NCBI GenBank assembly: GCA_030324005.1
Contig: JARDVH010000121.1
Span: 32,481,572 to 32,545,571 of the forward strand
Origin: Negaprion brevirostris
Lineage: Eukaryota
DNA: 64,000 nt
Reading direction: 5' to 3'
In this document: piece by piece, positions 39,787-51,484 of the stretch
Layout of the letters: each line of letters begins with the position of its first letter
Position numbering within the stretch: position 1 is the stretch's first letter
Position numbers and translations under genes: made by a program
Notes under the pieces: model-generated
What the model saw: only the letters and a program-made list of their open reading frames with translations
Told to the model about the DNA's origin: nothing
The model's database searches: none

Positions 39787-40632
39787 TACCTATTATTAAA
39801 ACAGAACCTACCGATGAGTGTGAAGATGCCATTTTCTGCACCACTGGACATTATAGAGCCATGTCTCAGTTCTATTCTTCACAGCAGGCCATGACTCCAG
39901 TAATGGTCACTAACCCCACTTCCTGCCTTGGGGGAAACATGGCTTCCTGTCGGTCTGGATTTTCTCCACATGATTCTAAGTACCAGCAGCAGAATCCAAC
40001 AGGGGTTGTCTATCAGAGATCCAAAAATGGCAGCCCTAATCATCTTGGCTATCAACCATCTGCAGTTATGGGGCCATCGATTCCCATAATTCAAGATGGC
40101 CACAAATCAGTACTGGTGCATGCTGGGTCACCTGCCCAGTCTTCTATGACGCACCACTCTCCAACCAATCAGTCCTCCACCATAATCCATCATTCCCATA
40201 ACAACCACGAGTCTTCCTCCATGATTCACAATTCTCCAACCAATCATCAGTCATCTCTGATCCAACACTCCCCAACCCATCAGCAATTATCTTCTCTGAT
40301 TCACCATTCACCAACCAGCCAGCAGCTGAGATACAGCAGCCACCAGGATTACCAGCGCCAGGTATATTCAGAGAATGATGCCCATGTGCCTATTGTGCGG
40401 TCCACTACACCACAAGCAGTACACCATGTGCAAAAAAGTAATCCAAATCAGTATGCGGCCGTGATCCAGCAGCAGCAAAATTCCAATGCAATCCAGAAGG
40501 TTTCCAAAAATGGCACTTCACCAACTCAGCTTACATCATTGATACTGGATCAGCAAGAGAAGGAACATCCAGTTACCGGAGTCACAGTGAAGCAGGAACC
40601 ACAGAATCTGGACCAGGCGTACCTGGATGATG
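39787..40632 (+). CDS. NFATC2: NFATC2-like large coding exon (C-terminal region; exon 9 equivalent), 846 nt
   Basis: Lies within the 299-aa ORF 39771-40670: (V)PIIKTEPTDE...HKSVLVHAGS...GVTVKQEPQNLDQAYLDD. Acceptor tttatttcAG, donor GTAAGA. Has IKTE and VKQE SUMO-consensus motifs and the YLDD exon end typical of NFATC genes. Confidence 0.95.
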
Positions 40633-41183
40633 GTAAGAAAAAAATTCTTGTCATAAAGTTATTGGTGTAACTGAAGTACAAGAACCTTTACAAAATATGA
40701 TACAGATTTTTTTAAAAAACGAAAATGTTGAGTATCACAAATCTCTTTTTAAAACAAAATCTCATGCAGGTATCTCTTGTCATTTTGAACTCATAAAGAT
40801 GAGGAATGACAGATTTCCTAGCCCCTGTCAGACTATCTCTCCCTGTACTGACTTTTGTTTGCTTACAGCATCAACTTCTTCCAGCTCCAGAATGAAAGGA
40901 TTAAATGCAATATCGAAATCTCCCTATCTAAATTTGTACCTGAGATCTTAACTTCTGAGAAGTGTCTCCTCCACACTGTTCAGTCACAATTTTTTTAATT
41001 TCCTGCACTACATAATATAATTACCCTTTTAACTGATATTATCCTAATAGCAATAGGTAACAGAAATCTATTTCATTTGTATTCGCTCAGTCTGCAATGG
41101 GACATTCATTTTGTTTGGAATTAGTACTCATCAGAAAAATGTTTTATCTATCTCAGTTAGGTTCAAAGACATGATTGTTTGGC

Positions 41184-41398
41184 CATGATGTGGAGATGCC
41201 GGTGTTGGACTGGGATAGGCACAGTAAAAAGTCTCACACCACCAGGTTCAAGTCCAACAGGTTTATTTGGAATTGCGAGCTTTTGGAGCACTGCTCCTTC
41301 ATCGGATGAACCGTTGAATTTTCACCTGATGAAGGAGCAGCACTCCGAAAGCTCATGATTCCAAATAAACCTGTTGGACTTTAACCTGGTGTTGTGAG
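41184..41398. mobile_element. Penelope-like pLTR inverted pair, right side lost in a gap
   Basis: Starts CATGATGTGGAGATGCCGGTGTTGGACTGGG; inverted arms centred near 41315; same family as 3340-3532. Confidence 0.78.
41322..41358 (+). ncRNA. Minimal type I hammerhead ribozyme motif (PLE-associated)
   Basis: TCAC-CTGATGA-A-GGAG-cagca-CTCC-GAAA-GCT-C-ATGA: both core boxes, a 4-bp stem II, palindromic AGCT in place of stem III, a CUC triplet and stem I TCAC/(A)TGA with one mismatch. Confidence 0.7.
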
Positions 41399-42934
41399 NN
41401 NNNNNNNNNNNNNNNNNNNNNNNNNNNNNNNNNNNNNNNNNNNNNNNNNNNNNNNNNNNNNNNNNNNNNNNNNNNNNNNNNNNNNNNNNNNNNNNNNNNN
41501 NNNNNNNNNNNNNNNNNNNNNNNNNNNNNNNNNNNNNNNNNNNNNNNNNNNNNNNNNNNNNNNNNNNNNNNNNNNNNNNNNNNNNNNNNNNNNNNNNNNN
41601 NNNNNNNNNNNNNNNNNNNNNNNNNNNNNNNNNNNNNNNNNNNNNNNNNNNNNNNNNNNNNNNNNNNNNNNNNNNNNNNNTAGATTGCCATGGGAAAGAT
41701 TCGATGGTAGGTGCTGATGACTTCAGCCACACCCATTGGCAGCTTTCAAAACCCGGCACTGAGGCAAATGGTCAGCTATAATCCATTTGAATGCGTTTAC
41801 TTGAGTCACCACAAGAGTCATTTAGGCACAGGGAGCTGAACGGAGCCTAAACCACTGTGTTACCTAGAACTCTGATCATTACATTTCTAACTGATGTTCG
41901 TGCTTAGTTTTTTTTTTGATAGTTTCTAAAACACATAAACACATGTAGTTTTATGAGGTGCATAAAGCTCATATAGAAGGATCTGAAAACATGAAGTACA
42001 ATAGCTAAAAGGTCGGCTTACAACACAGTTCAAAGGTAACACGAAAAGAATCTGGTTCGTGTCCAAAACCTCTTTTGGAAAGTCTTAGGAGTCCTAAAAG
42101 ATTCCATGTGGTATGGTTGTGATTTTTCCAGAATAAGTAGCTGAGATTAAAAAAAGGTCAGTTACATTAGTTTAGATTTGCAAAATGAATCACTCACAAT
42201 TTGGTAACTCGCTGTGATGTCAGGTGAGGACAGGAATTGGCTGGTCACGAAGCCTGCAGTGATTGAATAGTTCATAGGCAGTTTTGTCCCATTTACCAAT
42301 TTAAAACTTGCATGGAGATGAAATTATGTGGNNNNNNNNNNNNNNNNNNNNNNNNNNNNNNNNNNNNNNNNNNNNNNNNNNNNNNNNNNNNNNNNNNNNN
42401 NNNNNNNNNNNNNNNNNNNNNNNNNNNNNNNCATTTAAAACTTGCATGGAGCTGAAATTATGTGGCAAACATTTCTTTAACTTCTAATTCTTGAAATTTT
42501 CATCTGTGAAAATCTGATCTGCAATTGCAAGTTAGATTGGGCAATGTGCTTTTTTGCTGCATTTAGGCACCTTTATCATGAACAAACACACCTGCTAGGA
42601 ATAATGGAGATGATTTTAAGTCCGCCATTCCTGGAAGCTATTTAGCAACCTAATTTCCTAAACACCAAACTCTGTTGGCAAATGGGATCATTCATCCAAA
42701 AGGTCAATGGATGAGCCAGTTTGATATCTGATAATGAAAAGCATATGGAATTAATATCACTGCTGAATGGATTTACGTGGATTAACTCCTCCAATCTCAT
42801 GAATTGTCAATTTATTCAGATGGAAATCACCTCTGATATGAAAATTCCTATTTACGTATACGGTAGATAAGCCTAAATGTCTATATCAAGTATCAAATAC
42901 TTCACATTCATTCTACTCACATATTACTTGTGCC

Positions 42935-43355
42935 TGAACTACGCTGGTCATGTAACCAGAGTGCCTGACACTCGCTTACTAAAGCAAGTCTTTGACAGTA
43001 AGCTTGAGTCCAGGGTGCATTCCAATCAAACGAGATGCTACAAGGATATTCTGTCGGATTCACTTTGGAGTTTTGATGTCGACCCTAAATTCTGGCAGAA
43101 GTTTATCCAGGATCACTGCACGAAATAAAACAAGGTGCAGTCTCCTTCAAAAGCAAGCACATTTCAAAGGCAGGAGAGGAAATCCTGAGTTGGCAGCTCC
43201 CCCAAAACTCAATTGTCTTGTGTATCCTATTCTAATTACAACAGAACTTTCCAGGTACAAATGGACCTGAACAGTCTTCTCCATACCCACTGGAAGCCTA
43301 TCAAACACGTAGATGTTAACATGATCATCTTCGCTTGGAAGGACAAACAAGAAGA
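42935..43355 (+). mobile_element. RTE-clade LINE 3' fragment
   Basis: Peptide YAGHVTRVPDTRLLKQVFDSKL...RCYKDILSDSL resembles the RTE C-terminus (WAGHVxRMxDxRLPKxxxYGEL...RYKD); ends ACAAGAAGAA. Confidence 0.75.
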
Positions 43356-43644
43356 ATGGAAATAGTTCAATAATTTGTTCTGGTTACCCTTGTGCTAATT
43401 TAGATCTATGGATATGGAGATTAGATATATACAAAGTCAGAAAGGCAATTCTTATTCAGTTTCTCTATCAAGCATTCTATCCCCTCATCTGCTGAAGGTT
43501 TTGAATCTTTATTGGCTTCACCCCTACAAGCTCCCTCTGGCACCATATCTAAATTATTTATGCCTAAGTCTTGCTGTCAGGAAGTGATTGAATAATGGAG
43601 GCATTGGCCGTGATTTTCCGTTATCACTGTGGCAGGATTTGTGA

Positions 43645-43952
43645 TGGCACGGTGGCACAGTGGTTAGCACTACTACCTCACAGCCATAGGGATCCAGGTT
43701 TGATTCCTGGCTTGGGTCACTGTCTGTGAGGAGTCTACACATTCTCCTGTGTCTGTGTGGGTTTCCTCCGGGTGCTCTGGTTTCCTCCCACTATCTAAAA
43801 GTGCTGAATAGGTGGATTGGCCATGCTGAATTCTCCTTCAGTGTGTCCAAACAAGCGCTGGAGTCTGGCGACTAGGGGATTTTCACAGTGACTTTATTGC
43901 AGTGTTAATGTAAGCCTACTTATGACACTAATAAATAAACTAAAAAATAACT
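43645..43952 (+). mobile_element. HE1/V-SINE-like SINE, tail type B, nested in a MITE-like element
   Basis: GGCACGGTGGCACAGTGGTTAGCAC head through GACACTAATAAATAAAC tail. Confidence 0.88.
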
Positions 43953-46559
43953 TAAACCTGCTGTGGGGAATGTGGCAGACCAACTTTCCATGGGACTCAA
44001 AGATCCCAGTGGTGGATAGGACTGGAAATATCGGCCATTATATCAATCCTGATTGTGTCCCTTGTTAACGGCAGCACATGTACATTTTTAACAGATATCA
44101 GTAATCAGGAGAAAAATGCCTCACTGATATTTTCTTTCTTCTCTATTGTGCCATTAGTGCTGCCTTTGCTAAAACTAACTCAGAGATTCATCCTTTGTGC
44201 CCTGTATGATTCAGCTAATGCCAGGGTGACAGAAGCATCCTGAAGCACCATGTTGATGCTTCTGCAGATGTGCACTTCAAATTTACAAACAAAGAGCAGG
44301 AGTGGGCCATTCAGCCCCTCGAGCCTACCCCGCCAGTTAATAAGATCATGGCTGATTGAATAGTAACCTCAAATCTGCATTCTGTTTGATTTATTATTTT
44401 CACATGTATTAGCATGCAGTATTGCTTTTTGCATTCGGTACAAAGCATACTGTACATAAGGAAGGAAAAGAGAGAGTGCAGAATATAGTGTTATAGTCAT
44501 AGCAAGGGTGTAGAGAAAGGTCAACTTATGTGAGGTAAGTCCATTCTAAAGTCTGAAGGGAGCAGGGAAGAAGCTGTTTTTGTGTCAGTTGGCACGTGTC
44601 CTCAGACTCTGTGTATGTTGAGCACATCAACCCAACCAACTGGCTAGCTGTAGCTAGAGATAACAAAAGCATGGATGAAGGTTTCATGCAGATAAACTTA
44701 AATCGGGATAAGTGTCTGTGCATATTATGAGTAGATCATAGTGATGGAGGTGAAATGGCCCTGAAACTCAGTTCAGGGTTGAGTGAGACACTTGCAAAAG
44801 ACAATTGAGCAAGAAACAGGGTGGAATCGGTGGTGAGAGTGTTGATTTTGTGACGGGGACAAAAGACAATTGCTACAGTCTTAGTGTTTAGTTGGAGGAA
44901 CTTAATGTTCATCGGACAAAGGTTGTTTTAAGTCTGACAAAACAAAGAGAGATAAAGCTCAACTTTATCTACATGTATATGGAAGCTGATCTCATGCCTG
45001 CAAGTAATGTTACCGATACAGAAGAGGAGATGGGAAAAGAAACATCCTTGGGGAATTGTTGTGGTACATGGCTGGAAGAGAAGCCATTGCTAGTGATGCA
45101 CCAGGTACAATTGGATAGGCAAAAGTGGGACCAAGGGAGTATAGTCCCACTGAGCTGATCAATGGAGGAGAGATATTGGATGGGGTTTTATGGTCTCACT
45201 TACCCTGAAACCATAAAATCCCGCCCAAGGTCAATTGACCTTTCCATGGCCCCTCACCCGCTCCGAATCCCATAGCAGATGGGACAGTAAAATTCCAACC
45301 ATGAAGGAGATGCGGTCAACCTTGTCAAAGATACGTTGAATGCAAAGCGTTTAAGATATATTGTTTGCTTTAATAGAATACAGGGTAGTAGCTAAAACTT
45401 GCCAACTTAAAAAAGCATCATCAAAATACATCTTTTGTGATAAGCATCTCTTTTAATAATGATGAAACAATCTAAAACAAACACTCTTGAACCAATTGCA
45501 TAATGAGAGCAAATGAAAATAGTTAAACATGTAGTAATAACTAGAGTGAGCTAACGAACAGCTATTAGCTGAATTTAGTGCTTAACATAGATATCCAGAA
45601 TCATTTCCAGTTTGTTTGTCGCTGCGTGTGTTAGTTATAACATTATCGTTGTGGAATAAAAAAGGATTCAAACAGCATGGTGATCATATGTATGCAATCG
45701 ATCATAATACAAACCTCATGTGAACAGTAAGGCTGTTATTTATGAGACAGATTATAATGTCACAGTCAAATCACATTATAGCACATTCTGTTGCTACAAA
45801 GCATCCATTATAAAGGGCCACTCCCTAATACTTGCTGAAGCTCCAAAGTCTCAATAAAGCAATACTTTGAAAAAAATAAGTTGTCACTTCCGATGAGTTT
45901 GTGATGTTGAGATTTGACTGTACGATTGAGTTATTTATACTCGTGAATAATATGTTGGCAGCAATGGTTATGAATAGTAGGCAAGTTGTTATTTAGGAGT
46001 ATTATTGCAACGATTTCCTTAATATAAATTCTATTGATGTAAATTACATATTTAAAGCTGCAGTGCCTGTAATATAGCTTAACTATATTTCTGACCGGAC
46101 TTTCTTTTGAGGATATATTAAAGACTAAGGACTAGAATTGTGAGTGCATTATGTTCATGATGCTGATTTCCGCTCTTCGTACATAATGCCTTCTTGTGAT
46201 GGGCAGGTATCTTGAGCAAAGGAAGAATGCATCGTAAGAATTAGAAAGCTATATTTCCATTTGGCTTCACAAACAATCAAGTTAAGAAAGCAAGTCACTC
46301 TTGGTTCCCTACCTCGAGCTTTCCCTCGGCTATTAGCAATTTTGCTTATTAGGTAAGAAGCCTAGTGATGGGCCAAAGCCCAAAATACAGGACAACAAGA
46401 TGAATGCAGACATTGACGGAAGCTGAGGAATGCCGAGAGGAATCAGTAATAGGGTGATGGGATAAGCCATATTCCACTTTGATTTCATGGAATTCCAAGA
46501 TTTTTTACTGGTGTTTTTGGAATTGCATTTAACAATTCTATTCATTTCTGTCCTGAATC

Positions 46560-47860
46560 CTGGTGTTTCAGAACTTGAAAATCTACAAGTGACATGATTT
46601 TCTTGATCTGGTAGCTACAAGAGAAATACTGTGAACAACAGAGACCTGTATCTATTATCTTCATCAATTTCACCAAGGCATTAAACCATGTGTACAGAAG
46701 CAGTCTATTTAAACTCCTGGAGAAAATTGGCTGCCTGCCAAACCTCCTCAATGTGATCTCTTTCCAATCAACATAATGGGTAAGATCAGCAATCATGGGT
46801 CAACATTGGAACCTTTTAAAGTTATTTTATTAGTCACAAGTAGGCTTACATTAACACTGCAATGAAGTTACTGTGAAAATCCCCTAGCCACTGCACTACA
46901 GTGCCTGTCTGGGTATGCCGAAGGAGAATTTAGTATGCCAAGTGCATATAACCAGCACATCTTTTGGACTGTGGCAGGAAACTGGAGCACTCGGAGGAAA
47001 CCCATGCAGACAAGGNNNNNNNNNNNNNNNNNNNNNNNNNNNNNNNNNNNNNNNNNNNNNNNNNNNNNNNNNNNNNNNNNNNNNNNNNNNNNNNNNNNNN
47101 NNNNNNNNNNNNNNNACCCATGCAGACAAGGGGAGAATGTGCAGGCTCCACACAAACAGTGACCCAAGCTGGGAATCAAATCCAGGTCCCTGGCACTGTG
47201 AGGCTAACCACTCTGTCACTGTGCCACCCACAGTGATCCATAGCAAGCTCAAACTGGCACTGATACTCTTGGGCACATTTTTCTTTTTATTGCTGTCATA
47301 TGCGTTCTGGTCATCTACAGAGGATGTCTCCTGATATACCGTAACTAACAGAAAACTGTTCAGCCAATCCTCATCAGAAAGTTGCTCCATACTGATAATG
47401 TCGTACTAACATGAGGAACATTGGCAGCAGCAATGGGCAGACTCTCTTGTGTCTGTAAAGAATTTGATTTGATCACAAGCATCAGGAAGACAAATGTCAT
47501 AGTACAGGATTTTATGATACCGCCACCTATCAGCATTGACAATGTGAAGTTGGGGCTTGCTGATGTCTTCACGTATCTAAGCCCACAATCACCAGCAATC
47601 TGCCACTTGGTACTGACATCAGCGCATGTATCACAAAAGCTGTAGCTGTTATATTCAAGCTGAGTAAGCGAATGTGGGACCACAGCAACCTGACTGAGAA
47701 CACCAAATAGCAAGTCTATCAAGCCTGCTTCTTTATCATACTCCTCGGCAGTGGTGAGACTTGGAGGCATGAGAAAAGACTGAACAGTTTCCACCTTCGC
47801 TGTCCCAGATGTATCCTTGATATCTCTCGGCAAGACAAGGTCACCAACTAGGAGGTGCTA
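46560..47860 (+). mobile_element. Degraded RTE-clade LINE fragments interrupted by a SINE
   Basis: Translates FINFTKALNHVYRSSLFKLLEKIGCLPNLLNVI (RT FIDLTKAFD..KIGCP-like) and CKEFDLITSIRKTNVIVQD...IDNVKL..DVFTYL. Confidence 0.75.
46817..47229 (-). mobile_element. HE1/V-SINE-like SINE, tail type B (contains a 100-N gap)
   Basis: Tail B, core and head in antisense. Confidence 0.85.
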
Positions 47861-47879
47861 ATTTCAACAGTGTACCTTC

Positions 47880-48110
47880 ATGGGCAAAAGTGAAATTGGC
47901 CACCTTATTTAAGGAAGAATGTAAATAGATTGGAAGTATTCTGAGTGGAGGTGGATAAATATTTGATAGATCAAGGTTGAGAGGGCTATGAGGAAATGGC
48001 ACAGAAAATGAGTTGAGGCCAGCATAGATCAGCCATGTCCATATTGAATGGCAGGGCTGGCTTGAAGGATCTGGTGGCCTACTCCTGCTTCTCTTTCTTG
48101 TGTTCTTGTG
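47880..48110 (+). mobile_element. CR1-like LINE 3' fragment
   Basis: GATCAGCCATG..TTGAATGGCAGGGCTGGCTTGAAGG..TGGCCTACTCCTGCT..(TTCTTGTG)2 tail. Confidence 0.7.
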
Positions 48111-49529
48111 ATTTTAACCACATTGGGCAGTGCTTAATACAGAGTTCACTATCAGAGTGCAAGCCATTGTCTTACAAAATGAAAGGTTATCACTTGTTGC
48201 AGTAAACCTTGAAACTTACAGCTATGATCTTAAGAAAAAGACTGAAGTAAATGGAATTCAAGGGATTGCAAAATAGATCCATTGTTCAACTTTGGAATCC
48301 ATTTTGTTTTGTATCTGGCCTGATGGAACTGCTTAGTCTTTTCTAGTCGTATACTTTCCAATGTTAGTAAGGATAAGCTTGTGTTCCTTTTTTCTTTGGG
48401 TTCTTTAACCCTTCTTCCTCCACTGACATTTCAATATAGAAGAGCATTAAAAAGGAGTTGAGGAGAATTTTACTTCATTCAGGGGATAGTGGAGACGACT
48501 GCCTGAAAGGGTTTCGGAGGTAGAAACCAATCATTGACTTTAAAAGTATTTGGATATTTATCTGAACCACCATGAACTCCAAAGCTACAGACCAGAAACT
48601 AGAAAGTGGGATTGGGTGGGACAGCTCTTTCTTGGTAGGCACAGAGGTTATGAGTCAAACGCCCCTCTCCTGTTGAATTTTCATATTTCTAATTGGATAT
48701 GTGGAGATGCCAGTATTGGACTGGACCATTCTGTAAGACAGCAGTCTCCAAACTCCCATCTGGATGCAGCTCACTGTGGGCTGTAGTTTGGAGGCTCCTG
48801 CTCTAAGAGGATAATTTAGGGAGGCCACTGCTGGCATTATATTGAGGGAATAGTAAGCTTGATGAATTAAATGTAAAAAATATATGATTTAAATATTTTA
48901 AAAATTCTGTTTGCAATGTTTTGGAACTTAATTTAGTTTACCATGTAGGCATGGAAAATAAATAAGTGAAATTGACATTTTTTGAGTGTTGACAATTAAT
49001 ACCGAATGATAACAACAAGCATTAAGTCCAAAGTGATATTTTGGACAAGCGCATTGAATAAATCAAATAATTCGTACACATCATTAGAACAGCTTAGAAT
49101 TTGTTGATGTTCTTCCTTTAAGTACACACTACTCTGCTGATGAATATATATTTTCTTATTCTGTTAGTGCTGGAATATGTCCATTTACTGGCAGCCTACC
49201 GTTGGAGGTTCTTAGGGATTGGGTTAGACGCAATGGATGGGACTTTATGGCCCTGTTCGTCCCAAAATCGTAAAATCCTGCACAAGGTCAACAGACCTTT
49301 CCATGGTTCGCCCCTCTCTCGCTCTGATTCCCGTGGATGGGATGGGAAAATTCTCCCAAGTAATTTCTTACTTCTGGGATTTGAGACTGGATGGAAGTCT
49401 TTTTCTACTGCAGCAAGGGTCCAATTCTGATTCTCTTCCTGCACCTAGTGTTGCACTAAGGCAGATTTTAATCTGTTTTCATATCTAGCGATTCCTGAAA
49501 CAGGTAGCTAGTCTGTTGCCGTGGGCTTA

Positions 49530-49733
49530 TAGCTTAAGGGACAACATTCCAGGAATCTGTCCCACTCTTACTGCCAGCTTTTGGCATGTTGGGCAGATTT
49601 GCAGGTTGAAGTTCAAACTGTTTGACTGTGTCATGAATGCACCTTCCTTGACCATCAAATCCTGGGGTGGGACTCGAACCTGGAGCTTCTGGCTCAGAGA
49701 TAGGGACACTACCCATTGTGCTACAAGACCTCC
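49530..49733 (-). mobile_element. tRNA-derived SINE (different family)
   Basis: Minus strand GGTCTTGTAGCACAATGGGTAGTGTCCCTATCTCTGAGCCAGAAGCTCCAGGTTCGAGTCCCACCCCAGGA has A and B boxes followed by a SINE-like body. Confidence 0.6.
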
Positions 49734-51193
49734 TGCCACAAGGGTGCTGTATGAAATCAGTTTGAGGGAGCCTCACGCTAGTTCCTGGTAGCCCACTGCA
49801 CTAAACCATCCCTAAATAGACACTAAATCGGAGCAGGTTTCCTATAGTCCAAAAAATCACACATACATTCTGCTTTTGCTTGAGCTTTGCATTTGAATTC
49901 AGACCATCTGAACTGAATAATGGTGATCTTTCTGGTTATGCACCACAGTAAAATAGTTGGGAATTGAGTGGCAATAGATGCCACATGGTACGAAGGCAGG
50001 TTATTCAACTTACTGCTTCTAGGTGTAGAATTCAGATCATCTGACCTTCACATAGAAATAAAACACACTTATCAACACTTTTTCAAATCAAAAATATTTA
50101 AACTCTTAATATCGTCAGAATACATATCACATTTTTGGCAATGACTAATATCATCTGCAGTTTTTCTCACCCTACCTACATGTGGCTGCTTACAGCCACT
50201 CGATCATTTGAGTTTACGTTTGTGAGAAGAAAGTAAAGGGAGGGAATTGAGGGGGAAAGAGGTTGTGATAGCTCATGAAATGTATATTAAGGTTTTATAA
50301 ATCCCACATTCTTTCCACTGAGTGATTTTCAAAGCATTCTCAGCTGAGCCCACTATAACCTGGCCCTTCTCAATCAGCCCCTTTATCTACAAACCACAAA
50401 ATATTTCCCATTGTTTGAATATCTGCACTTAATCTCAATCAGCTTGTTGTTATGTTGACTACCCTGTATTTGCTGGAGTTTGCACATCTTAATTGTAACA
50501 GTGGACACAGTTCATTGATAGACTCTGTAACTGAAATTGGGATGTTATTGGAAAATCATATTTACCATGAATGGAATGATGCATCAATATAATTCACAAC
50601 CAATATGTAATTTTGTTTGCATTTATAATTCTATAATATTTAAAACCTAAACTAGGTTTTTCTTTTTCATAAAGCAGCTATAACAAATCCCACGATTGCT
50701 NNNNNNNNNNNNNNNNNNNNNNNNNNNNNNNNNNNNNNNNNNNNNNNNNNNNNNNNNNNNNNNNNNNNNNNNNNNNNNNNNNNNNNNNNNNNNNNNNNNN
50801 NNNNNNNNNNNNNNNNNNNNNNNNNNNNNNNNNNNNNNNNNNNNNNNNNNNNNNNNNNNNNNNNNNNNNNNNNNNNNNNNNNNNNNNNNNNNNNNNNNNN
50901 NNNNNNNNNNNNNNNNNNNNNNNNNNNNNNNAGAGGTTTTGTAATGTACTGCTGCTAAAGGAATCAGTATCAAGCTCATTCTGTAAGTGTTAACCTATTT
51001 TAAATCAATGTAACTGAGTTTTTCTTATGATAATCTTTTAAAATTGGAGTTTCTGTTTACTTGGATGTTAAAGTTGAACTTCAACTTGTATCTCTTCATA
51101 AAATTTTTTTAAAGATATAAAGATGCATGACTTTTTGTTAATAATTAAGATCTTTGATCCAGTTTTTTTGTTACTGAGTGGGAAAGCTGAGCT

Positions 51194-51484
51194 TAAAGTT
51201 TATTTCGTACTCACAAGTAGGCTAACACTAACACTGCAATGAAGTTACTTTGAAAACCCCCTAGTCGCCACACTCCAGCACTTGTTCAGGCACACTGAGG
51301 GAGAATTTAGTATGGTCAATGCAGCTACCCAGCACGTCTTTCAGATTGTGGGAGGAAACCGGAGCACCCAGAGGAAACCCACACAGACACAGGAAGAACC
51401 TACACACAGACAGCGACCCAAGCCAGGAATTGAACCCAGGTCCTGGGAGGCAGCAGTGCTAACCACTGTGCCACCATGCCATCC
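51194..51484 (-). mobile_element. HE1/V-SINE-like SINE, tail type B
   Basis: Tail B, core and head in antisense. Confidence 0.88.

Noticed and set aside
39771-40670. Stand-alone 299-aa single-exon gene
   Set aside because: It is NFATC2 exon 9 plus flanking intron; splice sites and phases link it to the upstream exons.
42298-42465. Direct repeat ATTTAAAACTTGCATGGAG.TGAAATTATGTGG
   Set aside because: Also flanks a 100-N gap; probable scaffolding artefact (same at 47000-47132).
49660-49733. tRNA gene
   Set aside because: A and B boxes are present but I could not form a convincing acceptor stem, and it continues into a SINE-like body.
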